A DNA stretch of 57,075 nt, taken from assembly GCA_000165425.1 (NCBI GenBank), contig CT868680.1:262108-319182 (forward strand), in the 5' to 3' direction. This DNA is from Paramecium tetraurelia. Taxonomy: Eukaryota. The position numbers were made by a program, and so were the translations under genes. This document shows, piece by piece, positions 26,041-40,000 of the stretch. Every line of letters begins with the position of its first letter. Within the stretch, counting starts at the first letter, position 1. Under the pieces are notes generated by a model, which had not been told where the DNA came from, did not search any database, and worked only from the letters and a program-made list of their open reading frames with translations.

Positions 26041-27339
26041 TTTTAATAATAGATATTACAATTACATTTACATTACTAAGAAATATAGAATTTAATCATC
26101 CAATAAGTTTAAAAATTTATTACATTCTAATTACATATATTGCAAACATGGGAAATTTAATTTCGTTTTTTAGAATTATATGATGTTTTTCTATACTATC
26201 AGAAAATTGTAGTTTGAAATTATTGAGGAAAATATGAAGACATTTTACTTCAATAAAGAACCAACAAGAGTTATGATAATCAAGAGCCAGAAGGAAGAAA
26301 AACAGTAATCATAGTCAATTAGAATTTGCAATATTTTAAAACAGTATTAATAAAAAGTTTTAAAGGAGAAAGAATTTGAACTTTTTTGTTAAATCCAATC
26401 TTGGAAAATATAACTTCAGCCAATTATATAATTTAATTGATAGAAATTATAATTACAACTTTTTAAATGGGGTTTCATTTTAATTTCTAAAAATTTACTG
26501 GTTTTGTTATATCTAATGAACATTTCTAATCCCAAACTAGATAATTTGGGTGCAAGATTGTCAGGTTGAGGCAAATTTTATGATAGAGTTTAAAGATCTC
26601 ACAATAAAATATCCAATAAATAAACAATTTTGTGTTTTGTCTTGCATGAATAATGTATGTAAAACCAATTTGCATTTTAAAATATGCCTTATAACTTATA
26701 TCAAATTAATCCAATATATATTGATTAGCAAAATTATTAACGTTATCATCTAGAAAATATCCTTTGATTAAATTGAACTCCTATCCTTATAATTTAATAT
26801 CTTCATATTCTCTTATCACTTATTGATATCTTATACTCAAGTTAATGTATTTAAACATTGCAAAAAGATTTTGCAAAATTAAAATAACCGATTTCAAATC
26901 ATAGCAGATAATGATTATTACCATTTGTATACAAACACTAAAACGTAAAGAAGTTTCCCATGTGTTACATTTTTTCTTTCTTGTTAATATATATTATTAA
27001 AGGAATTTTAATTTAATTTTATTAAATATCAATTTCATTATAAAATGCAATAACATAATTCAGTGAGATATTGTATAAGTGTTAATTCCATAACCATATT
27101 ATAATATTTTCGAAGTTTCAATAAATATGATCATTTTTACACAGTATGATAATAATATCTAAGCATATAGATGTATAGGAGTAATAATTATTTCATAATT
27201 GGTCATTGAAAATTATATAAATTTGTTTTTAGAAGGAATGTTCAATTCTTTTAAAAGAGTTAGATCTTGGTTGAAAAGGATTATTAATATCATTTATAAA
27301 ATGGTTATTAGCTTTTTGGAAAATATATAAGAAGTTTAA

Positions 27340-27618
27340 TCATTATTCACTGTTTTGATGGTCATGAGAGTGATTTAGACTGAATTCACTCTCATAAAAA
27401 TTAATCACTCTTTATGGAAGAGGAGTGAATTAAGAAAATTTCTTAGACAGCCATTATTTGCACGTAATTGATTCAAACAAGAAGGCTTCAAACTTTTTCA
27501 CCTCAGGCGATGACAGCATTTATTCTATTTCCTATGTTTGTCTCAATTGATTTATCTCATCTTAACTGAAATGCTGATCCTTTGAAGAATGAGTGAGCTT
27601 TAACTTCATTTTACTCAT
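27340..27618 (-). CDS. Small hypothetical protein (92 aa)
   Basis: Uninterrupted ATG-to-TGA frame: MSKMKLKLTHSSKDQHFSQDEINQLRQ...HSHDHQNSEQ. Confidence 0.55.
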
Positions 27619-28769
27619 GTCTAATTTATTTTGCTTTTAATAATTCTAAAAATAAAATTATTAAGACAAATTTTGCACTGAAAGCATTATAAAATCAACC
27701 TAAATCAATATAAAAGATCATTAAGAATTCAATCCCAAATTTTGTGGCGAAAAATGTAAAATCAAAGTATAACTTTAGCTCATAAATATTTTTCAATTCA
27801 TTAAACAGTTATAAAGAAATGTAATTCTTATTACCTCATTTTGAAGACTAACAAAAAGACAACCTAAGAATTTCACTCCAGTAGGAATTCTTGATTCAAA
27901 TTAATTTAAAAATTATCCAAGCAGCAATAACAAAATCATCGACCAGTCCTTAATGAATTATGAAATAAAATTTTTAATCTTACAAAACTATTGTTAACCA
28001 TCAAATGATTCTTATCATGCAATTTAGTATAGTCTATATTTAAAGATATTATATTATTTGTACTCTAGAATAACTCAGAACAATACAAACAAATAAGAAG
28101 CTAAATAAAGAAAGAGATAATTAGAAGTAATTTCTTAAAGAATCATTAATTCAGTCTTGAAAGGATAAATTCAATTTAACTTTTAAAATTAAAAATAATA
28201 CCTTATAATGTCAATTAAGAGAGCATAGATAATAATTAACTTTCAATCATCTTGATGAAGAACAAAACGTTAAGTAAGGTAACAAATAATTATAAGATCA
28301 AAGGCTTGTACTTTAAACTAGTAGGATGTCCATTCCAAAATTAATATATTCATCAGCTAATAAAAAAATATGTTAAATTTGAACTTTAATGTTGATTGAT
28401 GTATCTAAGATCATGGAAAATATCAAACAAATTAAAAATCATAATATCATATTTAACCATCCTTAATCTGATGAGTTCCATATTAAGTTTACTATAAAAT
28501 AAATAAAAATTATAAGGTTTTAAATTAAACTGATGTTGCACAAAAAATAATTCCGAAGAGATTTTGCAATTTATTGAAGTTATTAAAAAGCGAATTACAT
28601 GAAAACGCATGGCATCAAATTCATCAAGTCATTTCATTTATAATTAATCTAACGATAAGAAGATAATCAGAAATCAAATGGAAGATATAATAAATTTTGT
28701 TTTGTATTTCTCTTCAAGTTATAAATTATATGTTAATTACCTTTAAAATATAAAGAATAAATTATATAT

Positions 28770-29439
28770 ATGAAAAGTTCATCGCCCAAGAATTAATTAG
28801 TAATTGAAAAAAGAGGCTTGAGTGAACACGTTCAAGCTACCAGTATCCACTCAGGAAGTAGAAAGACCTCCATTGTGACTAAGGAGAGCAGTAATTTAAA
28901 GGGAAATCTATAAAGCATTTAAAAATAAACAGAGATAAATAACTCTTAACTTAAGAAGGTTTCAAGTGCTGGAAAATTACTGATACCTAAAAGTATGCAT
29001 ATTATATTATTTGTTAGGTGAATAATAATAGTAAAAATAAAAACGATTTTCATCAAAAGAAGGAGATGGATCAAATGTAATTAGATCAGGTTACTTATAC
29101 AAATAAATTTCTCCAAAAGTTACGATGTTAGAAGATAAAATGAATGTTGTATTTGTTCAGGAACTTAATAAATATTAAATAAATAATGAGCCAACATCAC
29201 CAAAATCTCCAAAATTAACAGATTCTAATTTATTTATGCATGGAATGACTTAGAACGGATTTTAATTAAAAGGTCCTTAATCCCCTCCATCTCATGATAT
29301 ACTTGCAAATGGTCAACTCAAAAATAAGATACCAAAGAGTGTTTTAAGTCATCATTAAAATTTAATAACAACATCTGGAAAAAAGATAACTGAATTAAAA
29401 ACAAGCAAATAATATCAAAATACAGTAACCTACTATTGA
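28770..29439 (+). CDS. Hypothetical S/K/Q-rich protein
   Basis: Starts MKSSSPKNQLVIEK; intron at ~28993-29017; ends NTVTYY-TGA. Confidence 0.65.
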
Positions 29440-29583
29440 AAATGATCTGTAATCAGAATAAACAACTTTTTCTATTATTATGCAATGTTATTTATAATTA
29501 ATTTTATTGATTCAGATGATGTTTGCTACAATTATTAATTGAAATTCTTACTTTATGCATTCTAATATAAATATTTATTTTTA

Positions 29584-30378
29584 ATGTTATTCGTTTCTGC
29601 AGTATAAAATGCATTGAGCTCCCCTAAATATAAATCAGCAGAAAAATAAAAGAAATAAAAACCATCAATTGATAGTGAATAATTAACCACTCTATTATAA
29701 TTAGAAGCAGTCTTTCATGAAAGACTTTACAGTATCGACCATGTAACAAAATTGTTGGAAATCTATGGTTATTTGGTAGAATAATTAGAACCTAGTTTGC
29801 AAACACTAAAAGATTACTTCTTAGAAAAAATGGAATTTATATTGAGTAGACCAGAAACAATAGAGTTGATGATGGAAAATGATGAGAGATCAACAGCACT
29901 TTAGAATAGATATACAACCTTAATAAACACTTAAGCTCTTGATTAACTGAAACTTGATGAAGAATAAAGATTTAATAGGCCTTTTTTGCAATAAAACTCT
30001 GATTCCAATTCTAAAATGAGATTTAGTGTGTTTAAGAAACATTAAGCTAAGGAAAGGGAGATTTGTATGGAGGTTTAGGAAAGAAAGCAAGATTAAAAAG
30101 TTGATTTGAATTCTCTTTTGTAGGAGTATGATTAAATTTCAAAAGAATATGATTCTGTAGTTAAAAAGTAACTTTAAGACTAAAATAATGCACTCAATTA
30201 AAGAATGGCAATCAGAAAAAATAAGAAAAAACGAACAAAACAATCGAATTCACAAGAAAATAAAAGAACTTCAGTTGTGAATCCTGTTAGAACCACACTT
30301 TCTAAATGGAAGTTAATTAATGAAATACAAGAAAGTGCTCATTTTTGGCGTCAATCAATTAATAAAATAAAGAAATGA
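29584..30378 (+). CDS. Hypothetical protein
   Basis: 265-codon frame containing LLEIYGYLVEQLEP..DYFLEKMEFILSRPE and a coiled C-terminus. Confidence 0.75.
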
Positions 30379-30423
30379 TTTCTGACTTATTTTATTAATT
30401 TCTTAATAAAAATAAATGATATT

Positions 30424-31656
30424 TCAGCATGTTAATTTGATTTAAGATTCCACAATAATTAATTTTTAACCCAAATTACCTCTTCTAGAGCTTTTACTTC
30501 TGCTTAAATCGGCAGGTTCTATATAAAATCTACAAAATATACCTTTATATTTAACTACTTAACTATTATCTTATGAGCTATTTTTTGAAATCGTCTAGCT
30601 ATTTATACACTTTTTCCTATCTTGTACTGAGACACTTTGTATTACATCTTGAATGTTTGATAGAGAATTATTTTTGCTTCTTAATCTTTACCCATACGCT
30701 CGATTAACTTCCTTTTATTATGTAGCTTTTTAAAGGTCAACCTTATTTGCTGTATTTCCCTAATTGATAATATTATAATAGTTTTATTTCAAAGATTATT
30801 ATGAATTGATTGGTATCTCATTGTTTTCTGTAGTTATGCATTTTTAATTTTATTTAAAGATTCCCTTATTTTCTTAGAGAGATTTTTCATGGTTTTATTC
30901 TAATTTTAATTAAAATTGTCTACTTTAAAGTTGAAATGATTAGCTGATTGATTATTAATTAGCTTTACATTATAATTTTATATGGTCTCTTTGACTTAGA
31001 TCTAAGGATTTTCTTCTATTTTCTTTTTCCAAACCGCTAATAATTTGTTTTAAGCACACTATTTCGTTTTTGAGCTTCTGTTAGACTTCATGATATGTTT
31101 AATTTTCTCTTTTTAAATTCTAACTATTTTGAATATTATTACGCTAATTAGTTATTTTGTTGTATTCAATAATTCAGTTCTGTTCATTTCGCTTTCGTCT
31201 AATTTAGTTTAAATTGACTCAGCATATAATTTTAATTGTTATTCAATCTGAAATAAAAGTTATTTTTTACCCTGATGTGATTACGTATTTCTACTTCATA
31301 TTTTATCATTGTTTATTCTAATTTTTCATATTCTTCATCTGTCCTCATGCTATATGTTTAAGAAAGGTTAGGATCTAATTATTTTTCTAATTTGCTTTAT
31401 TAGTGTTAAATTTAACTACTTACGAAATTTTTTTTTCTACTTTCATCATCATATTAGTAAATACTGCTTTTATAATCCCAATCAAATGGGATAAATTTTC
31501 ATAATCTTTCAGTTCTCCCTCTATTTAATTAAGTTCTTCTTTAGTATCAATGAATTTATCAGCATTAAGCAATATTCTCTCGAGTAGGTCTTTGAGATTA
31601 TTTTCTATTTGTTTTTCGTTAATGCTATCCTGACTCTATTTATCTTCTTAATTCAT
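30424..31656 (-). CDS. Hypothetical coiled-coil protein
   Basis: Starts MNQEDKQSQDSINEKQIENNLKDLLERILLNAD; at least two short introns; 3' end tentative. Confidence 0.6.
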
Positions 31657-32405
31657 TAACAGTAAATTTAATTAAAATATTATTATTCATAACATTTTTT
31701 AGTTTGCATGATTAGAATAAATGTGTTACATTCTAATTTATAATCATTTTTTTATAATGACAGGTTATTTCTAATAAACCATTGAATAACTATGTAATAA
31801 ATATATATTACTTTATTTAACTAAAGTATTTTAATATATTAAAAAGTACAAAATCAATAATAAATAGAATTAATAGATTAATATTTGAATTATATCATTA
31901 TTGTGAAGATTTTTTACTTCTTATGATTACTGACAATTTGATTTCAAAATTATTAATTTCTAGTATTACTTTTCAGCTATTACAATGATAAAAAAAGGTT
32001 CAAAATGGTTAAAAAAAGATTTAGGATCGATATCATCTATTTAGATCTATTTTATTCAATTTTTTCAGAATTCTCAATCCATGTAATGAATGAATCATCA
32101 TCCCATCAAGAAATTTTGAAACGACAAAGAACAACAATAAAACCATTATTTTTTTAAGTATAAATTTACCTTAAATAACACGAAATTTAGTTCCAATTAT
32201 TTGAAGGAACAAGAAACATAATAAAATTTTTTAGAATTCATTAATAATCTTCTCGTTTAGACTGTCATTCTCAAATCCTAAAGCAGAGATTGCATCCACG
32301 ATTATGCTACATGTATTATAGTGGATCTAAATTTATCTTTTATTATTATCATTTATTATAATGTTAAGGAGGAGCAGATAAAACCCATCCATAAATTCAT
32401 AGTTA

Positions 32406-32484
32406 GTGATGATAATTTAATAACAGTGTAATTTATTTTAATAACGTAAATGTCAATGCTAAAGCTTTGTGAATAAAGTGCTGA
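32406..32484 (+). ncRNA. Possible box C/D snoRNA
   Basis: GTGATGA (32406-32412) and CTGA (32481-32484) span 79 nt of intergenic DNA. No rRNA target recognised. Confidence 0.25.
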
Positions 32485-32514
32485 TATTTATATTAATTAT
32501 AAATAAAAACAAAG

Positions 32515-33173
32515 ATGTCCATTGTTACTAGATTTGCTTCTTATTTCATAAAGAGTAGAGTGATTAATTACTCATGTATGTACAAATTGAGATTTACTCT
32601 TCGTTAGTGTAGGTGGACAGAATTATGACCGAGATGTGTAAGGCTGGATTTTAAGACCCAGAGGAAGGATTCTTAGAAAGAGATCCTATGACATATTATG
32701 AATGCAGATTTTATTCTCATATAGCCAGAAATTGGACTCCTAGACTGGAATCTTTGTAATTTTATACATCATACCTTAGTGAAGTGAGTTAATATGAATT
32801 GGCAAAATAGAAATTTGTTCAATTTGAGAATCTATACTCATTCATCCTCGATTTGCATAGATTGACTTGGGAGTACAGATCTCTCTATTTGGAATTAACA
32901 AAAGAAATTGCAACTCATAATACTTGGTTTAGAAGTGAGTACACAACTTTGACCTATGAGCATCACTTGGAAGAGGCTATCAACAAATACATTAATCTCC
33001 TAGATCAATTAAAGGAGTACCCTTTATGGTAAGAAAGAGTAAAAGAAGAAATTGGATATTATTTGCATCTAATTTACAATTCCACAACACATTCAAGTTA
33101 AAGCAAAGAATTGTTTGCTAAATTTGTAATCTTTCATCTTTATATTTAGGATAAATTATATTTCTTCAAATGA
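32515..33173 (+). CDS. Hypothetical protein, possibly mitochondrial
   Basis: Basic/hydroxylated N-terminus MSIVTRFASYFIKSRVINYS; three short introns; ends KFDKLYFFK-TGA. Confidence 0.8.
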
Positions 33174-33436
33174 TAGCAATCCAATGAAATATGTTAGTAA
33201 TTACAAAATAAATCGAATATATATATATTCTACCATTATTATTATTTTATACTTTTGCAATGTTGTCATCGCAATTAAAATGACCTAATCATCAATCATT
33301 TTTATATTTCAATCTTAAAGAATAGTGTCTTTGAAAAAATGTCATTTCAATCATAATTTACTAATATCTTTAAATTATATAAGCTTAAATTCTCTAAGAT
33401 ATCCCCATAGATTTTAAACATTAAATTAATAAATAA

Positions 33437-33807
33437 ATGATTGAAGATGATGAATCTGAAGGATTCTTTCAACTCAAGCTATAGAAAAAGATTAAGAAGC
33501 ATAGAAGCATACCTTTAAGGATTTAAAAGCATTATGAATCCTTAAGTTTGATGTAGACCAAGGCAACTGATTAAGAATAATTAATTCTCTCTTTAATCCA
33601 AAAGCGAGCGGAATGTAATATTTAGCAGTATTATCAATAGTCTATTCCAAAAATAAATAAATCATTTAGTGGAAAGAAAATATTTCTGAATCTCATTCAA
33701 CTATTTTTGTTAATCTAATCAAAAGTGAATCAGAAACTTTTGAAGATAGCGAATTTATTTTCCAATAACCTCTTGATGAATTTCCCTTAGGAAGCTATTC
33801 GCACTGA
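33437..33807 (+). CDS. Small hypothetical protein
   Basis: Starts MIEDDESEGFFQLKLQKKIKK. Removing a 26-nt intron (~33615-33640) gives ...SETFEDSEFIFQQPLDEFPLGSYSH-TGA. Confidence 0.6.
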
Positions 33808-34494
33808 ATTCATTACAATAACAAAACAATGAAATATTTTTTTGTTTTTTTCCAAATAATCATATCACACTACTTAAAAAAATTTGAAGGTTTGTCTCTT
33901 AAATTTCAATTACAATCATTGTTTTCCCATTTAAAATACTCCCCAAAAAATTATCGATTATTTTAATCATCTCTATGAAATCTCAAAAAAATCATTAATT
34001 GTCTAATCCGTTTTTAAATGAAACACTCCCTTTAATGTAATAGACCATATAATGAAGTGAGTAGTAGAAGTATCTCAATATATTTACAAACTACTCATAT
34101 TAAGATGAGTCTTATTAAGTAAAGATTAAATAAAGAATGACTAAATTTATTACTGAAGTAACAAATTTCGACATAAACATCTTTGATGATTAATTATTCA
34201 AATAAAATATTTATCTTGCTCAATCTGTCATACTTTTATAAAGCTATTTCCATATATATCTAAAAAAATTATAAAATACCAATAAATTATAAAATCTTAC
34301 TATTAAATAAAGTGCTGCAGAGACAACATCAAATCATAAATAAACTTATTTGTATATGAGAGAGTATGCGTAATTTGATTACTATTGATTTTAATTGTCC
34401 TGAACAAGAAAATTGTAAATTAATTCTAAGATATTAATTATAAATTATGAGAATAATGCAAATGAATTGATTTTATTTCAATAAATTAATTAAT

Positions 34495-35246
34495 ATGGCC
34501 GATTTTAATCCTTAAGAGAGAGTAAAAAAAATGGTCAATGCAATTAAAGCAGAGGTGAATATTCAGTAATACTTATAGGCTACAGAGAAGTCTGAATAAA
34601 TTAAAGATATGGCTGCTCAATAATTCAGGATTGAGAAAAATAAGCTTCTGAATCAATAAAAAGAAAGGATCATTGAGGAATATAAAAAGAAGATTGAATC
34701 GTATACTATTGAAAAAAGAATGTACGATATTGTATCACTATGATAGTCAACGATCCTCAAAGATCAATTAATCAAGATTATCAAAAATGCAAGCTCGCTT
34801 TGAGTTAATTCAGAGACTTAAAGAAGAAGTTCGTTAAAAAATGGCCATATTGATCTAAGATTAAAGTGTATATAAAGAATTACTGAAAAATTTGATTGTG
34901 CAAGGAATGATTAAATTATTAGAACCTCGTATTGAATTAACATGCTTGGAATAAGATGTTCCATTAGTGAAATCAATTTTGGGAGAGTGCCAAGAAGAAT
35001 TTACATAAATTATAAAGCGAGAGACCACGAAAGACTTCAAAACAACACTTAGCATCAATCAAAGTTAATATTTGACTGAGAAAAGTGGGAAACCAATGTA
35101 CTAAATATTTTGATGTTAGATTGGGAGGAGTTGTGCTTAGTTGTGCGAATAATAGAATAGTGTGTTCAAACACTCTTGATGATAGGTTGGAACTCTCATT
35201 GCAGGAGTTTTTGCCAGATATTAGAAATGGTTTATTTAGAAAATGA
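34495..35246 (+). CDS. VMA4: V-type ATPase subunit E
   Basis: MVNAIKAEATEKSEQI, FRIEKNKL, LIVQGMIKLLEP, GGVVLSCANNRIVCSNTLDDRL. Introns 34555-34578, 34722-34746 and 35098-35119 give 227 codons. Confidence 0.96.
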
Positions 35247-35290
35247 TGGGAAAGTATATAGAATAAATAAAATAAATAAATATATAAACA

Positions 35291-37057
35291 TCAATATGGC
35301 AAGTAGTAGCAAGAATCTACAAACATCTCACAATAATTTAATCTAATTAAAGATTACTATAATTCTTAATGTAATTATGATAGATTGTTAGTATGATCAT
35401 AATTGCAGGCTCGAAATTTTTCAAGTATTTCTTTGTTTCTACCTATGATGTCATTGTACAAAATTTCCATTTATTTCGCATAATCATTCTTAGAAGAATA
35501 TCGATCAAAGTTTTCTTTTTTCTTAAATCTAATATTATCATATTTATCTTGATTTAGTTTTAAAGTGTCAATAAAATAGATTTATTATAACAATCTTTAT
35601 TTTATTTATCGAAAATAAGAGGATTGATTAATGCATGTTATTCTATTTTGACTCTTATTAAGAAATTGTGCAAAATTACCTTCGCTTTATAAAGCAAGAG
35701 TGAATTATTCAATAAAATAATTGATCTACACAAATCCATTACTGTATTCTTCGTTTTTCAATAAACTTTACATAGCTAAGCTTGGTAAGGCTAATAGTCT
35801 ATATTAATTTGGGTGGATTGATTAAGTGAATGGTATGAAGAATCTTTATCCATAATAATCATAATAAGGCATTTTCGTATGATTTGGGATAAAAGATTCT
35901 TATTTATTGAGTAATTTGAAAGGCTGAATAAAAATTAGCAACTAAGGATTTTTGATTTTTAAATTTGTTAGGACATTAGTAATGTCAACCACAAATGTGT
36001 CAATTTTATAATCAAGAATTGAAAAAGCCCCATTAACTTTGAGTTTTTTCTCATTGATAAGATCTTTGAGAAGTTGTGAATAATTTAGAGTGTAAAGTCC
36101 AACTTAATACACCCTGCATATTGAATTGAAAAGTTCTTTAATGTTTTTATGAATATAAAAGGAGGAATTAGGAGTGGCCTTTTAAAAATAATGATCTCTT
36201 AGGACTAAATATTCTTCATGCTATTTACTGCCAATAAAATCAGGCTATAATCCAAAAAAGCTAGATTCATCATAGCCTAACACATTTTCGAATTAAATCA
36301 TCACTAAATTGCTGACATTGTTTGGGGAGGGTCTAATTAATAAACATTCAAATTTCATTCCTTCTAATTTTTCGTCTATGATATTATATGTAGTTTTTTT
36401 AAAAGAATTTGTTGAATTGGTATTGTTCAGAGTAGATCTTCTTATCATCAGTTATTATTTAAGATCTTTATAGGGAGTTACTACCTGTTCAGTGTTTGAA
36501 ATTTACTTATGTTTTTACCTCAGCTATTCAGAACTATGCTCTTTCTTTTTTGTACTTTTTGGACTCATTTAGGAATATCCAAATTCCTTTTTTGGATCTA
36601 AAATATAAGACTCTCCAATTTGATTTGAAGAGTTATCAAAATTTTTTAGCAGCGTTCCTTTGTAAAGTCTCCCTGGAATTTTATGAGTTTCATGGTTATG
36701 CAATTTAGAATGTTAAGGTGATGGAGTAGTAAATTTATTTTTTTATTTTTAGACAAATCTATCTGTTTTTGTCTATCTATTTGGGATATTTTCAAAACAA
36801 TTACTAACATTTAATATCGACTCTGCCAATCGAGTGAATGATTATTTGATACCTTTTTGCTTAGCTGAATGTGGTTAGATTTCCTTGGATTCTAAATTCA
36901 TAGTTCTTTATTTAATGAATGATTTATAATCCTTCTTCCAATATCCCATAATGAGCTTCCGAGGTGAATAAGATGTATTGATTCTAGTAATCTCTGGCTT
37001 TGCTATTTGAGATATATTATAGTCGTTTGAATAATAATACTCAACTGGGTTGTACAT
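35291..37057 (-). CDS. Hypothetical protein
   Basis: Starts MYNPVEYYYSNDYNISQIAKPE; ends FVDSCYYLPY-TGA. No family recognised. Confidence 0.7.
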
Positions 37058-37087
37058 TATTATATAATTATTATATAATTGAATATT

Positions 37088-40000
37088 TCATTATTGCTAC
37101 TGTTTAATTCCTAGGACATGATATTCAATAGCTTCTTTAAGTTTTGTGTATTTATCGATAAGTTCATCAGGGATCAGAGTAAGCATTCTCATTGATTATT
37201 GTATTCCAGATTAAACCTTGGCTATATAAGAAATCCACAAAAAGAAGAAAATTAAAATTAAAAACCCTACGAATCCAACAAAATTATAGATCTATACTTA
37301 ATCTCGAATGTCTAAAAAGCTAATATCTATTATTTAATAATGTTTACTTATAAAAGCAAGTTTAGAATATATTATTATTCTCCCAAAATGTTGGTAAAAT
37401 GTACTTACGCAATAATTCTTATATCTGGAATGCTTCCAAACTTTCTTATAAATTTGAATAAGTAGCCAACAACTCATTGTTTCCCAAAGAAACCAAGAAA
37501 ATCGCATCTCTCAAACCCTTGGTTAAGAGTCCTCCTTTAACTGTATTACATTCTTTGGTTAGTTCCGATGAGGAGAATGTGTAATTCGTGAAATTATCTG
37601 TGGTATCAACAAAGACAAACGACTAAGTAATTAAGTCTAAAGTGTTGATCCAAGTGATATGCTCACAAACATTCAAGAAATTGATATCGTTAAAGAAAGA
37701 AAAATAAGCATCAAATGAACTGGGATAAGTATAGGTTAGAGTCTTGAATAGATCCTATTCGTTTGAATATACTTTCTGATTATAATATTTAGATAAGTCG
37801 TTTTCCATGTAAAATCTGGATTAACCATTATTGACTAAAGCTTCCAAAGTAAACAGTATATTATATTTAATAATGCTTGCTCGACGAGAGATATACAAGT
37901 AATGATCAAGGATTAACTTAGCATCACTAATAGATTGATCTTCTAAAACATACATTACAATATATTCAATCATTAAAAGAGAGCCAATAAATATAAATGA
38001 AAATATTAAAAAGTAATGAGTTCCACCTTTACTTTCATATATTCTTTAATGCTTTTCTTTTGTTTAATCAAATAGGGATTTTCTTTGATCTACTTCAACT
38101 TTTTATTTTGGACTATCCGCAATATCTTGACTTTGATCCTGATTTAAAGAGCTTTCAATTATATGTTGTTGTTATTGTTGTTGTTGAGGCTACTCAATTT
38201 AATTAATATCATCAGAACTTTTAAATTTCGTAATATGATCTAAAATAAATCTATCACCCTGATCAATCAAATTCTTAATGTCATCATTAGTGATCATACC
38301 AAAATAACTGATTAACCTTTTGCGTTCTTTGAAGATGCTCATAAAAATTGGTACATAGACAATTTCGCAAATAACAATAATTACCAAAGCAGCAATCAAA
38401 ATAATTATAGCATTACTAGTTTGGGCATCTACTTGATCATAGTAAAAGTCATAAAATTTATCAGCTATTCTTTCAGATCCATTTCTGAGAACATCCAAAC
38501 CATTTTCGACAACATAAAATAGATTTTTAGAAACACTACTAGAATTAGAAGTATCATTAAATTATGTTAGAGTTGCTTTTTTAAATGAAGAAGCTGAAGT
38601 GATATAAGCAAAAACAGCATCATTGAATATGTTCCCATAAGTTTTGGTTTCGTTATTTGAAAGCAAAAAGACTACATCATATTGATCATCGTCTATTTGC
38701 AAACCACTTCTGCTTTCAACCTTAATTCTAAACTCGATCATGTCGAATTATATTACTTATAACTTATCAACTAAAACACTTATGTTTGACTTGAATGCTC
38801 CTTCTAGAGCTGAAGGATAATGTCCGAAAGATGTTAAATATAAATAGCGACTGTATAAATTTATATCTGCCATTAAAGAATGTCTTCGATGAGCTTAACG
38901 AACTGCACTCACACCCTCATCCACCAGAATTGATTATTATAATGCCAAAACTAATTTGCTAATGGATAAAGCTAAGGTGGATAAAAATAGGATCAATGTT
39001 AGATATCTTAGATAAATGATTTGTCTAGGAGTTTTTGATTATTCTAAAGCACTTCTAATGTCTTTTGTCTATTTGTTTTCTTCTTAATCATCAACTGAAG
39101 ATTAAAAATTCTTTTATTTATCTTCCTCTTCATCAATAGATTATTATTGGATAATCTGGTGCTTGCTCTCATCCAATTTCTGTTTTATTAAAGACTTTCC
39201 ATAGTTGACTTTCTCTTAATCAATATCCTCTCGAATCACAATTGTATGATATATGCTTCCTCCTGCAGGCTGACCATCATCTGTTAAAGGAAATCTCTCC
39301 TCGATTAACTCTAATTTAACTTTGACCTTTTTGAAGTCTCCACTATAATTCATAATTGCTGAATCTTTAATTGATCCTCCCATTTTCTTATTATCTGAAT
39401 CATGAATGTTTGATTAAAGTAGTTATTTAAATAGTTGAACATCAATAATAGTTTCAGCTGTATATATATCTCCTTCTAATTTATACACCTAGTTTTTTAA
39501 GGGTTAATCATTTTAATTAAGAGTATTATTCAGCACATCTCCTAATTCTTTAAACAAGTTTCCAAAAGTATAGATTGGTTATTCTTAGGCACTTGTAGTT
39601 GCAATATCCTCAACTCTGATTCCTAAATCCTTCATCGATTCACTAACATTTAAAATTTATTATGAAATTCCATCATATATCATATAATGAGTTCCAGGCA
39701 ATTTTTCTAATGGCTTTAGAAAGCCAACCAAAAGGATGCCTTTTTCTAAATTTGGCAAAACTTTGATCATCAACTTACAAGGAACCAAATATTGCTAACT
39801 ATTTTAAGCTAGCACAAATCTCTCCAATCCTATAATATTTGAATTGCTTGTTCTCATATAATTCTCAACTAATTAATTATGTTAATCACCAATGATTTTT
39901 GGCATGATCTTGCTCACATTTTATTCAAATAATTCTGAAGCCGGATATCCCAAAGATTTTTATATTTCATTATTACAACTGGCCACAATTCCGATACTAC

